Shown: positions 12,001 through 25,900 of the stretch, piece after piece
Layout of the letters: each line of letters starts with the position of its first letter
Numbering within the stretch: position 1 is the stretch's first letter
Source: Eledone cirrhosa
Lineage: Eukaryota
NCBI GenBank assembly: GCA_964016885.1
Contig: OZ024750.1
Location: 31,186,001-31,250,000 of the forward strand
DNA length: 64,000 bases
Reading direction: 5' to 3'
Position numbers and translations under genes: made by a program
Notes under the pieces: generated by a model
Told to the model about the DNA's origin: nothing
The model's database searches: none
What the model saw: only the letters and a program-made list of their open reading frames with translations

Positions 12001-15000
12001 TAACATGTAGAAACCTCTCTCAGAAGAGATAGACCTAGTGTACACTAACATAACATGTAGAAACCTCTCTCAGAAGAGATAGACCTAGTGTACACTAATA
12101 TAACATGTAGAAACCTCTCTCAGAAGAGATAGACCTAGTGTACACTAACATAACATGTAGAAACCTCTCTCAGAAGAGATAGACCTAGTGTACACTAACA
12201 TAACATGTACAGACCTCTCTCAGAAGAGATAGACCTAGTGTACACTAACATAACATGTAGAAACCTCTCTCAGAAGAGATAGACCTAGTGTACACTAACA
12301 TAACATGTAGAAACCTCTCTCAGAAGAGATAGACCTAGTGAACACTAACATAACATGTAGAAACCTCTCCCAGAAGAGATAGACCTAGTGTACACTAACA
12401 TAACATGTAGAAACCTCTCCCAGAAGAGATAGACCTAGTGTACACTAACATAACATGTACAGACCTCTCTCAGAAGAGATAGACCTAGTGTACACTAACA
12501 TAACATGTACAGACCTCTCTCAGAAGAGATAGACCTAGTGTACACTAACATAACATGTAGAAACCTCTCTCAGAAGAGATAGACCTAGTGTACACTAACA
12601 TAACATGTAGAAACCTCTCTCAGAAGAGATAGACCTAGTGTACACTAATATAACATGTAGAAACCTCTCTCAGAAGAGATAGACCTAGTGTACACTAACA
12701 TAACATGTAGAAACCTCTCTCAGAAGAGATAGACCTAGTGTACACTAACATAACATGTACAGACCTCTCTCAGAAGAGATAGACCTAGTGTACACTAACA
12801 TAACATGTAGAAACCTCTCTCAGAAGAGATAGACCTAGTGTACACTAACATAACATGTAGAAACCTCTCTCAGAAGAGATAGACCTAGTGTACAGTAACA
12901 TAACATGTACAGACCTCTCCCAGAAGAGATAGACCTAGTGTACACTAACATAACATGTAGAAACCTCTCTCAGAAGAGATAGACCTAGTGTACACTAACA
13001 TAACATGTAGAAACCTCTCCCAGAAGGGATAGACCTAGTGTACACTAACATAACATGTAGAAACCTCTCTCAGAAGAGATAAACCTAGTGTACACTAACA
13101 TAACATGTACAGACCTCTCTCAGAAGAGATAGACCTAGTGTACAGTAACATAACATGTACAGACCTCTCTCAGAAGACATAGACCTAGTGTACACTAACA
13201 TAACATGTAGAAACCTCTCTCAGAAGAGATAGACCTAGTGTACACTAACATAACATGTAGAAACCTCTCTCAGAAGAGATAGACCTAGTGTACACTAACA
13301 TAACATGTACAGACCTCTCCCAGAAGAGATAGACCTAGTGTACACTAAAATAAGATGTACAGACCTCTCTCAGAAGAGATAGACCTAGTGTACACTAACA
13401 TAACATGTAGAAACCTCTCCCAGAAGAGATAGACCTAGTGTACAATAACATAAGATGTACAGACCTCTCTCAGAAGAGATAGACCTCGTGTACACTAACA
13501 TAACATGTAGAAACCTCTCCCAGAAGAGATAGACCTAGTGTACACTAACATAACATGTACAGACCTCTCCCAGAAGAGATAGACCTAGTGTACACTAAAA
13601 TAAGATGTACAGACCTCTCTCAGAAGAGATAGACCTAGTGTACACTAACATAACATGTAGAAACCTCTCTCAGAAGAGATAGACCTAGTGTACACTAACA
13701 TAACATGTAGAAACCTCTCTCAGAAGAGATAGAACTAGTGTACACTAACATAACATGTAGAAACCTCTCTCAGAAGAGATAAACCTAGTGTACACTAACA
13801 TAACATGTAGAAACCTCTCCCAGAAGAGATAGACCTAGTGTATAGTAACATAACATGTAGAAACCTCTCCCAGAAGAGATAGACCTAGTGTACATTAACA
13901 TAACATGTAGAAACCTCTCTCAGAAGAGATAGACCTAGTGTACACTAACATAACATGTAGAAACCTCTCTCAGAAGAGAAGGACCTAGTGTACACTAACA
14001 TAACATGTAGAAACCTCTCTCAGAAGAGATAAACCTAGTGTACACTAACATAACATGTAGAAACCTCTCCCAGAAGAGATAGACCTAGTGTACACTAACA
14101 TAACATGTAGAAACCTCTCTCAGAAGAGATAGACCTAGTGTACACTAACATAACATGTAGAAACCTCTCTCAGAAGAGATAAACCTATTGTACACTAACA
14201 TAACATGTACAGACCTCTCCCAGAAGAGATAGACCTAGTGTACACTAACATAACATGTAGAAACCTCTCCCAGAAGAGATAGACTTAGTGTACACTAACA
14301 TAACATGTAGAAACCTCTCCCAGAAGAGATAGACCTAGTGTACACTAACATAACATGTACAGACCTCTCTCAGAAGAGATAGACCTAGTGTACACTAACA
14401 TAACATGTACAGACCTCTCTCAGAAGAGATAGACCTAGTGTACACTAACATAACATGTAGAAACCTCTCTCAGAAGAGATAGACCTAGTGTACACTAACA
14501 TAACATGTAGAAACCTCTCTCAGAAGAGATAGACCTAGTGTACACTAATATAACATGTAGAAACCTCTCTCAGAAGAGATAGACCTAGTGTACACTAACA
14601 TAACATGTAGAAACCTCTCTCAGAAGAGATAGACCTAGTGTACACTAACATAACATGTACAGACCTCTCTCAGAAGAGATAGACCTAGTGTACACTAACA
14701 TAACATGTAGAAACCTCTCTCAGAAGAGATAGACCTAGTGTACACTAACATAACATGTAGAAACCTCTCTCAGAAGAGATAGACCTAGTGTACAGTAACA
14801 TAACATGTACAGACCTCTCCCAGAAGAGATAGACCTAGTGTACACTAACATAACATGTAGAAACCTCTCTCAGAAGAGATAGACCTAGTGTACACTAACA
14901 TAACATGTAGAAACCTCTCCCAGAAGGGATAGACCTAGTGTACACTAACATAACATGTAGAAACCTCTCTCAGAAGAGATAAACCTAGTGTACACTAACA

Positions 15001-18000
15001 TAACATGTACAGACCTCTCTCAGAAGAGATAGACCTAGTGTACAGTAACATAACATGTACAGACCTCTCTCAGAAGAGATAGACCTAGTGTACACTAACA
15101 TAACATGTACAGACCTCTCTCAGAAGAGATAGACCTAGTGTACACTAACATAACATGTAGAAACCTCTCTCAGAAGAGATAGACCTAGTGTACACTAACA
15201 TAAGATGTACAGACCTCTCTCAGAAGACATAGACCTAGTGTACACTAACATAACATGTAGAAACCCCTCTCTCAGAAGAGATAGACCTAGTGTACACTAA
15301 CATAACATGTAGAAACCTCTCTCAGAAGAGATAGACCTAGTGTACACTAACATAACATGTACAGACCTCTCCCAGAAGAGATAGACCTAGTGTACACTAA
15401 AATAAGATGTACAGACCTCTCTCAGAAGAGATAGACCTAGTGTACACTAACATAACATGTAGAAACCTCTCCCAGAAGAGATAGACCTAGTGTACAATAA
15501 CATAAGATGTACAGACCTCTCTCAGAAGACATAGACCTAGTGTACACTAACATAACATGTAGAAACCCCTCTCTCAGAAGAGATAGACCTAGTGTACACT
15601 AACATAACATGTAGAAACCTCTCTCAGAAGAGATAGACCTAGTGTACACTAACATAACATGTACAGACCTCTCCCAGAAGAGATAGACCTAGTGTACACT
15701 AAAATAAGATGTACAGACCTCTCTCAGAAGAGATAGACCTAGTGTACACTAACATAACATGTAGAAACCTCTCCCAGAAGAGATAGACCTAGTGTACAAT
15801 AACATAAGATGTACAGACCTCTCTCAGAAGAGATAGACCTCGTGTACACTAACATAACATGTAGAAACCTCTCCCAGAAGAGATAGACCTAGTGTACACT
15901 AACATAACATGTACAGACCTCTCCCAGAAGAGATAGACCTAGTGTACACTAAAATAAGATGTACAGACCTCTCTCAGAAGAGATAGACCTAGTGTACACT
16001 AACATAACATGTAGAAACCTCTCTCAGAAGAGATAGACCTAGTGTACACTAACATATCATGTAGAAACCTCTCTCAGAAGAGATAGACCTAGTGTACACT
16101 AACATAACATGTAGAAACCTCTCTCAGAAGAGATAAACCTAGTGTACACTAACATAACATGTAGAAACCTCTCCCAGAAGAGATAGACCTAGTGTATAGT
16201 AACATAACATGTAGAAACCTCTCCCAGAAGAGATAGACCTAGTGTACACTAACATAACATGTAGAAACCTCTCTCAGAAGAGATAGACCTAGTGTACACT
16301 AACATAACATGTAGAAACCTCTCTCAGAAGAGAAGGACCTAGTGTACACTAACATAACATGTAGAAACCTCTCTCAGAAGAGATAAACCTAGTGTACACT
16401 AACATAACATGTAGAAACCTCTCCCAGAAGAGATAGACCTAGTGTACACTAACATAACATGTAGAAACCTCTCTCAGAAGAGATAGACCTAGTGTACACT
16501 AACATAACATGTAGAAACCTCTCTCAGAAGAGATAAACCTATTGTACACTAACATAACATGTACAGACCTCTCCCAGAAGAGATAGACCTAGTGTACACT
16601 AAAATAACATGTGGAAACCTCTCTCAGAAGAGATAGACCTAGTGAACACTAACATAACATGTAGAAACCTCTCCCAGAAGAGATAGACCTAGTGTACACT
16701 AACATAACATGTAGAAACCTCTCTCAGAAGAGATAGACCTAGTGTACACTAACATAACATGTACAGACCTCTCTCAGAAGAGATAGACCTAGTGTACACT
16801 AACATAACATGTAGAAACCTCTCTCAGAAGAGATAGACCTAGTGTACACTAAAATAACATGTACAGACCTCTCTCAGAAGAGATAGACCTAGTGAACACT
16901 AACATAACATGTAGAAACCTCTCCCAGAAGAGATAGACCTAGTGTACACTAACATAACATGTAGAAACCTCTCCCAGAAGAGATAGACCTAGTGTACACT
17001 AACATAACATGTACAGACCTCTCTCAGAAGAGATAGACCTAGTGTACACTAACATAACATGTACAGACCTCTCTCAGAAGAGATAGACCTAGTGTACACT
17101 AACATAACATGTAGAAACCTCTCTCAGAAGAGATAGACCTAGTGTACACTAACATAACATGTAGAAACCTCTCTCAGAAGAGATAGACCTAGTGTACACT
17201 AATATAACATGTAGAAACCTCTCTCAGAAGAGATAGACCTAGTGTACACTAACATAACATGTAGAAACCTCTCTCAGAAGAGATAGACCTAGTGTACACT
17301 AACATAACATGTACAGACCTCTCTCAGAAGAGATAGACCTAGTGTACACTAACATAACATGTAGAAACCTCTCTCAGAAGAGATAGACCTAGTGTACACT
17401 AACATAACATGTAGAAACCTCTCTCAGAAGAGATAGACCTAGTGTACAGTAACATAACATGTACAGACCTCTCCCAGAAGAGATAGACCTAGTGTACACT
17501 AACATAACATGTAGAAACCTCTCTCAGAAGAGATAGACCTAGTGTACACTAACATAACATGTAGAAACCTCTCCAGAAGGGATAGACCTAGTGTACACTA
17601 ACATAACATGTAGAAACCTCTCTCAGAAGAGATAAACCTAGTGTACACTAACATAACATGTACAGACCTCTCTCAGAAGAGATAGACCTAGTGTACAGTA
17701 ACATAACATGTACAGACCTCTCTCAGAAGACATAGACCTAGTGTACACTAACATAACATGTAGAAACCTCTCTCAGAAGAGATAGACCTAGTGTACACTA
17801 ACATAACATGTAGAAACCTCTCTCAGAAGAGATAGACCTAGTGTACACTAACATAACATGTACAGACCTCTCCCAGAAGAGATAGACCTAGTGTACACTA
17901 AAATAAGATGTACAGACCTCTCTCAGAAGAGATAGACCTAGTGTACACTAACATAACATGTAGAAACCTCTCCCAGAAGAGATAGACCTAGTGTACAATA

Positions 18001-21000
18001 ACATAAGATGTACAGACCTCTCTCAGAAGAGATAGACCTCGTGTACACTAACATAACATGTAGAAACCTCTCCCAGAAGAGATAGACCTAGTGTACACTA
18101 ACATAACATGTACAGACCTCTCCCAGAAGAGATAGACCTAGTGTACACTAAAATAAGATGTACAGACCTCTCTCAGAAGAGATAGACCTAGTGTACACTA
18201 ACATAACATGTAGAAACCTCTCTCAGAAGAGATAGACCTAGTGTACACTAACATAACATGTAGAAACCTCTCTCAGAAGAGATAGAACTAGTGTACACTA
18301 ACATAACATGTAGAAACCTCTCTCAGAAGAGATAAACCTAGTGTACACTAACATAACATGTAGAAACCTCTCCCAGAAGAGATAGACATAGTGTATAGTA
18401 ACATAACATGTAGAAACCTCTCCCAGAAGAGATAGACCTAGTGTACATTAACATAACATGTAGAAACCTCTCTCAGAAGAGATAGACCTAGTGTACACTA
18501 ACATAACATGTAGAAACCTCTCTCAGAAGAGAAGGACCTAGTGTACACTAACATAACATGTAGAAACCTCTCTCAGAAGAGATAAACCTAGTGTACACTA
18601 ACATAACATGTAGAAACCTCTCCCAGAAGAGATAGACCTAGTGTACACTAACATAACATGTAGAAACCTCTCTCAGAAGAGATAGACCTAGTGTACACTA
18701 ACATAACATGTAGAAACCTCTCTCAGAAGAGATAAACCTATTGTACACTAACATAACATGTACAGACCTCTCCCAGAAGAGATAGACCTAGTGTACACTA
18801 ACATAACATGTAGAAACCTCTCCCAGAAGAGATAGACTTAGTGTACACTAACATAACATGTAGAAACCTCTCCCAGAAGAGATAGACCTAGTGTACACTA
18901 ACATAACATGTACAGACCTCTCTCAGAAGAGATAGACCTAGTGTACACTAACATAACATGTACAGACCTCTCTCAGAAGAGATAGACCTAGTGTACACTA
19001 ACATAACATGTAGAAACCTCTCTCAGAAGAGATAGACCTAGTGTACACTAACATAACATGTAGAAACCTCTCTCAGAAGAGATAGACCTAGTGTACACTA
19101 ATATAACATGTAGAAACCTCTCTCAGAAGAGATAGACCTAGTGTACACTAACATAACATGTAGAAACCTCTCTCAGAAGAGATAGACCTAGTGTACACTA
19201 ACATAACATGTACAGACCTCTCTCAGAAGAGATAGACCTAGTGTACACTAACATAACATGTAGAAACCTCTCTCAGAAGAGATAGACCTAGTGTACACTA
19301 ACATAACATGTAGAAACCTCTCTCAGAAGAGATAGACCTAGTGTACAGTAACATAACATGTACAGACCTCTCCCAGAAGAGATAGACCTAGTGTACACTA
19401 ACATAACATGTAGAAACCTCTCTCAGAAGAGATAGACCTAGTGTACACTAACATAACATGTAGAAACCTCTCCCAGAAGGGATAGACCTAGTGTACACTA
19501 ACATAACATGTAGAAACCTCTCTCAGAAGAGATAAACCTAGTGTACACTAACATAACATGTACAGACCTCTCTCAGAAGAGATAGACCTAGTGTACAGTA
19601 ACATAACATGTACAGACCTCTCTCAGAAGAGATAGACCTAGTGTACACTAACATAACATGTACAGACCTCTCTCAGAAGAGATAGACCTAGTGTACACTA
19701 ACATAACATGTAGAAACCTCTCTCAGAAGAGATAGACCTAGTGTACACTAACATAAGATGTACAGACCTCTCTCAGAAGACATAGACCTAGTGTACACTA
19801 ACATAACATGTAGAAACCCCTCTCTCAGAAGAGATAGACCTAGTGTACACTAACATAACATGTAGAAACCTCTCTCAGAAGAGATAGACCTAGTGTACAC
19901 TAACATAACATGTACAGACCTCTCCCAGAAGAGATAGACCTAGTGTACACTAAAATAAGATGTACAGACCTCTCTCAGAAGAGATAGACCTAGTGTACAC
20001 TAACATAACATGTAGAAACCTCTCCCAGAAGAGATAGACCTAGTGTACAATAACATAAGATGTACAGACCTCTCTCAGAAGAGATAGACCTCGTGTACAC
20101 TAACATAACATGTAGAAACCTCTCCCAGAAGAGATAGACCTAGTGTACACTAACATAACATGTACAGACCTCTCCCAGAAGAGATAGACCTAGTGTACAC
20201 TAAAATAAGATGTACAGACCTCTCTCAGAAGAGATAGACCTAGTGTACACTAACATATCATGTAGAAACCTCTCTCAGAAGAGATAGACCTAGTGTACAC
20301 TAACATAACATGTAGAAACCTCTCTCAGAAGAGATAAACCTAGTGTACACTAACATAACATGTAGAAACCTCTCCCAGAAGAGATAGACCTAGTGTATAG
20401 TAACATAACATGTAGAAACCTCTCCCAGAAGAGATAGACCTAGTGTACACTAACATAACATGTAGAAACCTCTCTCAGAAGAGATAGACCTAGTGTACAC
20501 TAACATAACATGTAGAAACCTCTCTCAGAAGAGAAGGACCTAGTGTACACTAACATAACATGTAGAAACCTCTCTCAGAAGAGATAAACCTAGTGTACAC
20601 TAACATAACATGTAGAAACCTCTCCCAGAAGAGATAGACCTAGTGTACACTAACATAACATGTAGAAACCTCTCTCAGAAGAGATAGACCTAGTGTACAC
20701 TAACATAACATGTAGAAACCTCTCTCAGAAGAGATAAACCTATTGTACACTAACATAACATGTACAGACCTCTCCCAGAAGAGATAGACCTAGTGTACAC
20801 TAAAATAACATGTAGAAACCTCTCTCAGAAGAGATAGACCTAGTGAACACTAACATAACATGTAGAAACCTCTCCCAGAAGAGATAGACCTAGTGTACAC
20901 TAACATAACATGTAGAAACCTCTCTCAGAAGAGATAGACCTAGTGTACACTAACATAACATGTACAGACCTCTCTCAGAAGAGATAGACCTAGTGTACAC

Positions 21001-22950
21001 TAACATAACATGTAGAAACCTCTCTCAGAAGAGATAGACCTAGTGTACACTAAAATAACATGTACAGACCTCTCTCAGAAGAGATAGACCTAGTGAACAC
21101 TAACATAACATGTAGAAACCTCTCCCAGAAGAGATAGACCTAGTGTACACTAACATAACATGTAGAAACCTCTCCCAGAAGAGATAGACCTAGTGTACAC
21201 TAACATAACATGTACAGACCTCTCTCAGAAGAGATAGACCTAGTGTACACTAACATAACATGTACAGACCTCTCTCAGAAGAGATAGACCTAGTGTACAC
21301 TAACATAACATGTAGAAACCTCTCTCAGAAGAGATAGACCTAGTGTACACTAACATAACATGTAGAAACCTCTCTCAGAAGAGATAGACCTAGTGTACAC
21401 TAATATAACATGTAGAAACCTCTCTCAGAAGAGATAGACCTAGTGTACACTAACATAACATGTAGAAACCTCTCTCAGAAGAGATAGACCTAGTGTACAC
21501 TAACATAACATGTACAGACCTCTCTCAGAAGAGATAGACCTAGTGTACACTAACATAACATGTAGAAACCTCTCTCAGAAGAGATAGACCTAGTGTACAC
21601 TAACATAACATGTAGAAACCTCTCTCAGAAGAGATAGACCTAGTGTACAGTAACATAACATGTACAGACCTCTCCCAGAAGAGATAGACCTAGTGTACAC
21701 TAACATAACATGTAGAAACCTCTCTCAGAAGAGATAGACCTAGTGTACACTAACATAACATGTAGAAACCTCTCCCAGAAGGGATAGACCTAGTGTACAC
21801 TAACATAACATGTAGAAACCTCTCTCAGAAGAGATAAACCTAGTGTACACTAACATAACATGTACAGACCTCTCTCAGAAGAGATAGACCTAGTGTACAG
21901 TAACATAACATGTACAGACCTCTCTCAGAAGACATAGACCTAGTGTACACTAACATAACATGTAGAAACCTCTCTCAGAAGAGATAGACCTAGTGTACAC
22001 TAACATAACATGTAGAAACCTCTCTCAGAAGAGATAGACCTAGTGTACACTAACATAACATGTACAGACCTCTCCCAGAAGAGATAGACCTAGTGTACAC
22101 TAAAATAAGATGTACAGACCTCTCTCAGAAGAGATAGACCTAGTGTACACTAACATAACATGTAGAAACCTCTCCCAGAAGAGATAGACCTAGTGTACAA
22201 TAACATAAGATGTACAGACCTCTCTCAGAAGAGATAGACCTCGTGTACACTAACATAACATGTAGAAACCTCTCCCAGAAGAGATAGACCTAGTGTACAC
22301 TAACATAACATGTACAGACCTCTCCCAGAAGAGATAGACCTAGTGTACACTAAAATAAGATGTACAGACCTCTCTCAGAAGAGATAGACCTAGTGTACAC
22401 TAACATAACATGTAGAAACCTCTCTCAGAAGAGATAGACCTAGTGTACACTAACATAACATGGAGAAACCTCTCTCAGAAGAGATAGAACTAGTGTACAC
22501 TAACATAACATGTAGAAACCTCTCTCAGAAGAGATAAACCTAGTGTACACTAACATAACATGTAGAAACCTCTCCCAGAAGAGATAGACCTAGTGTATAG
22601 TAACATAACATGTAGAAACCTCTCCCAGAAGAGATAGACCTAGTGTACATTAACATAACATGTAGAAACCTCTCTCAGAAGAGATAGACCTAGTGTACAC
22701 TAACATAACATGTAGAAACCTCTCTCAGAAGAGAAGGACCTAGTGTACACTAACTTAACATGTAGAAACCTCTCTCAGAAGAGATAAACCTAGTGTACAC
22801 TAACATAACATGTAGAAACCTCTCCCAGAAGAGATAGACCTAGTGTACACTAACATAACATGTAGAAACCTCTCTCAGAAGAGATAGACCTAGTGTACAC
22901 TAACATAACATGTAGAAACCTCTCTCAGAAGAGATAAACCTATTGTACAC
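1..22950. repeat. HOR domain 1: ~4,554-bp (91-monomer) higher-order repeat made of two related alternating subunits (2,200 bp and 2,354 bp)
   Basis: Marker AAGGAC occurs at 1271, 3471, 5825, 8025, 10379, 13979, 16333, 18532, 20534, 22734 (spacings 2200, 2354, 2200, 2354, 3600, 2354, 2199, 2002, 2200). Marker CATATCAT occurs only in alternate subunits (991, 5545, 10099, 16053, 20254). AGAACTAG and TACATTAA occur in the other subunits. Confidence 0.93.
76..87. other. 12-bp perfect palindrome TAGTGTACACTA (monomer positions 26-37; present in most monomers, first intact copy given)
   Basis: The sequence equals its own reverse complement and contains a BsrGI site (TGTACA). No function is demonstrated. 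Confidence 0.9.
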
Positions 22951-25900
22951 TAACATAACATGTACAGACCTCTCCCAGAAGAGATAGACCTAGTGTACAC
23001 TAACATAACATGTAGAAACCTCTCTCAGAAGAGATAGACCTAGTGTACACTAACATAACATGTAGAAACCTCTCCCAGAAGAGATAGACCTAGTGTACAC
23101 TAACATAACATGTAGAAACCTCTCCCAGAAGCGATAGACCTAGTGTAAACTAACATAACATGCACAGACGTCTCCCAGAAGAGATAGACCTAGTGTACAC
23201 TAACATAACATGTAGAAACCTCTCTCAGAAGAGATAGACCTAGTGTACACTAACATAACATGTACAGACCTCTCTCAGAAGAGATAGACCTAGTGTACAC
23301 TAACATAACATGTAGAAACCTCTCTCAGAAGAGATAGACCTAGTGTACACTAACATAACATGTAGAAACCTCTCTCAGAAGAGATAAACCTAGTGTACAC
23401 TAACATAACATGTAGAAACCTCTCTCAGAAGAGATTAACCTAGTGTACACTAACATAACATGTACAGACCTCTCTCAGAAGAGATAGACCTAGTGTACAC
23501 TAACATAACATGTAGAAACCTCTCTCAGAAGAGATAGAGCTAGTGTACATTAACATAAGATGTACAGACCTCTCTCAGAAGAGATAGACCTAGTGTACAC
23601 TAACATAACATGTAGAAACCTCTCCCAGAAGAGATAAACCTAGTGTACACTAACATAACATGTACAGACATCTCCCAGAAGAGATAAACCTAGTGTACAC
23701 TAACATAACATGTAGAAACCTCTCCCAGAAGAGATAGACCCAGTGTACACTAATATAACATGTAGAAATCTCTCTCAGAAGAGATAGACCTAGTGTACAC
23801 TAACATAACATGTAGAAACCTCTCTCAGAAGAGATAAACCTAGTGTACACTAACATAACATGTACAGACCTCTCCCAGAAGAGATAGACCTAGTGTACAC
23901 TAACATAACATGTACAGACCTCTCTCAGAAGGGATAGACCTAGTGTACACTAACATAACATGTAGAAACCTCTCCCAGAAGAGATAAACCTAGTGTACAC
24001 TAACATAACATGTACAGACCTCTCTCAGAAGAGATAGACCTAGTGTACACTAACATAACATGTAGAAACCTCTCCGAGAAGAGATAGACCTAGTGTACAC
24101 TAACATAACATGTAGAAACCTCTCTCAGAAGAGATAGACCTAGTGTACACTAACATAACATGTACAGACCTCTCCCAGAAGAGATAGACCTAGTGTACAC
24201 TAAAATAAGATGTACAGACCTCTCTCAGAAGAGATAGACCTAGTGTACACTAACATAACATGTAGAAACCTCTCCCAGAAGAGATAGACCTAGTGTACAC
24301 TAACATAAGATGTACAGTCCTCTCCCAGAAGAGATAGACCTAGTGTACACTAACATAACATGTAGAAACCTCTCCCAGAAGAGATAGACCTAGTGTACAC
24401 TAACATAAGATGTACAGACCTCTCTCAGAAGAGATAGACCTCGTGTACACTAACATAACATGTAGAAACCTCTCCCAGAAGAGATAGACCTAGTGTACAC
24501 TAACATAACATGTACAGACCTCTCCCAGAAGAGATAGACCTAGTGTACACTAAAATAAGATGTACAGACCTCTCTCAGAATTGATAGACCTAGTGTACAC
24601 TAACATAACATGTACAGACCTCTCTCAGAAGAGATAGACCTAGTGTACACTAACATAACATGTACAGACCTCTCTCAGAAGAGATAGACCTAGTCTACAC
24701 TAACATAAGATGTACAGACCTCTCTCAGAAGAGATAGACCTAGTGTACACTAACATAACATGTAGAAACCTCTCTCAGAAGAGATAGACCTAGTGTACAC
24801 TAACACAACATGTAGAAACCTCTCTCAGAAGAGATAAACCTAGTGTACACTAACATAACATGTACAGACCTCTCTCAGAAGAGATAGACCTAGTGTACAC
24901 TAACATAACATGTAGAAACCTCTCCCAGAAGAGATAAACCTAGTGTACACTAACATAACATGTACAGACCTCTCTCAGAAGAGATAAACCTAGTGTACAC
25001 TAACATAACATGTAGAAACCTCTCCCAGAATAGATAAACCTAGTGTACACTAACATAACATGTAGAATCCTCTCCCAGAAGAGATAAACCTAGTGTACAC
25101 TAACATAACATGTACAGACCTCTCTCAGAAGAGATAAACCTAGTGTACACTAAAATAAGATGTACAGACCTCTCTCAGAAGAAATAGACCTAGTGTACAC
25201 TAACATAACATGTACAGACCTCTCTCAGAAGAGATAGACCTAGTGTACACTAACATAACATGTAGAAACCTCTCTCAGAAGAGATAGACCTAGTGTACAC
25301 TAACATAACATGTACAGACCTCTCTCAGAAGAGATAAACCTAGTGTACACTAACATAACATGTACAGACCTCTCCCAGAAGAGATAGACCTAGTGTACAC
25401 TAACATAACATGTAAAAACCTCTCTTAGAAGAGATAGACCTAGTGTACACTAACATAACATGTACAGACCTCTCTCAGAAGAGATAAACCTATTGTACAC
25501 TAACATAACATGTACAGACCTCTCCCAGAAGAGATAGACCTAGTGTACACTAACATAACATGTAGAAACCTCTCTCAGAAGAGATAGACCTAGTGTACAC
25601 TAACATAACATGTAGAAACCTCTCCCAGAAGAGATAGACCTAGTGTACACTAACATAACATGTAGAAACCTCTCCCAGAAGAGATAGACCTAGTGTACAC
25701 TAACATAACATGCACAGACGTCTCCCAGAAGAGATAGACCTAGTGTACACTAACATAACATGTAGAAACCTCTCTCAGAAGAGATAGACCTAGTGTACAC
25801 TAACATAACATGTACAGACCTCTCTCAGAAGAGATAGACCTAGTGTACACTAACATAACATGTAGAAACCTCTCTCAGAAGAGATAAACCTAGTGTACAC

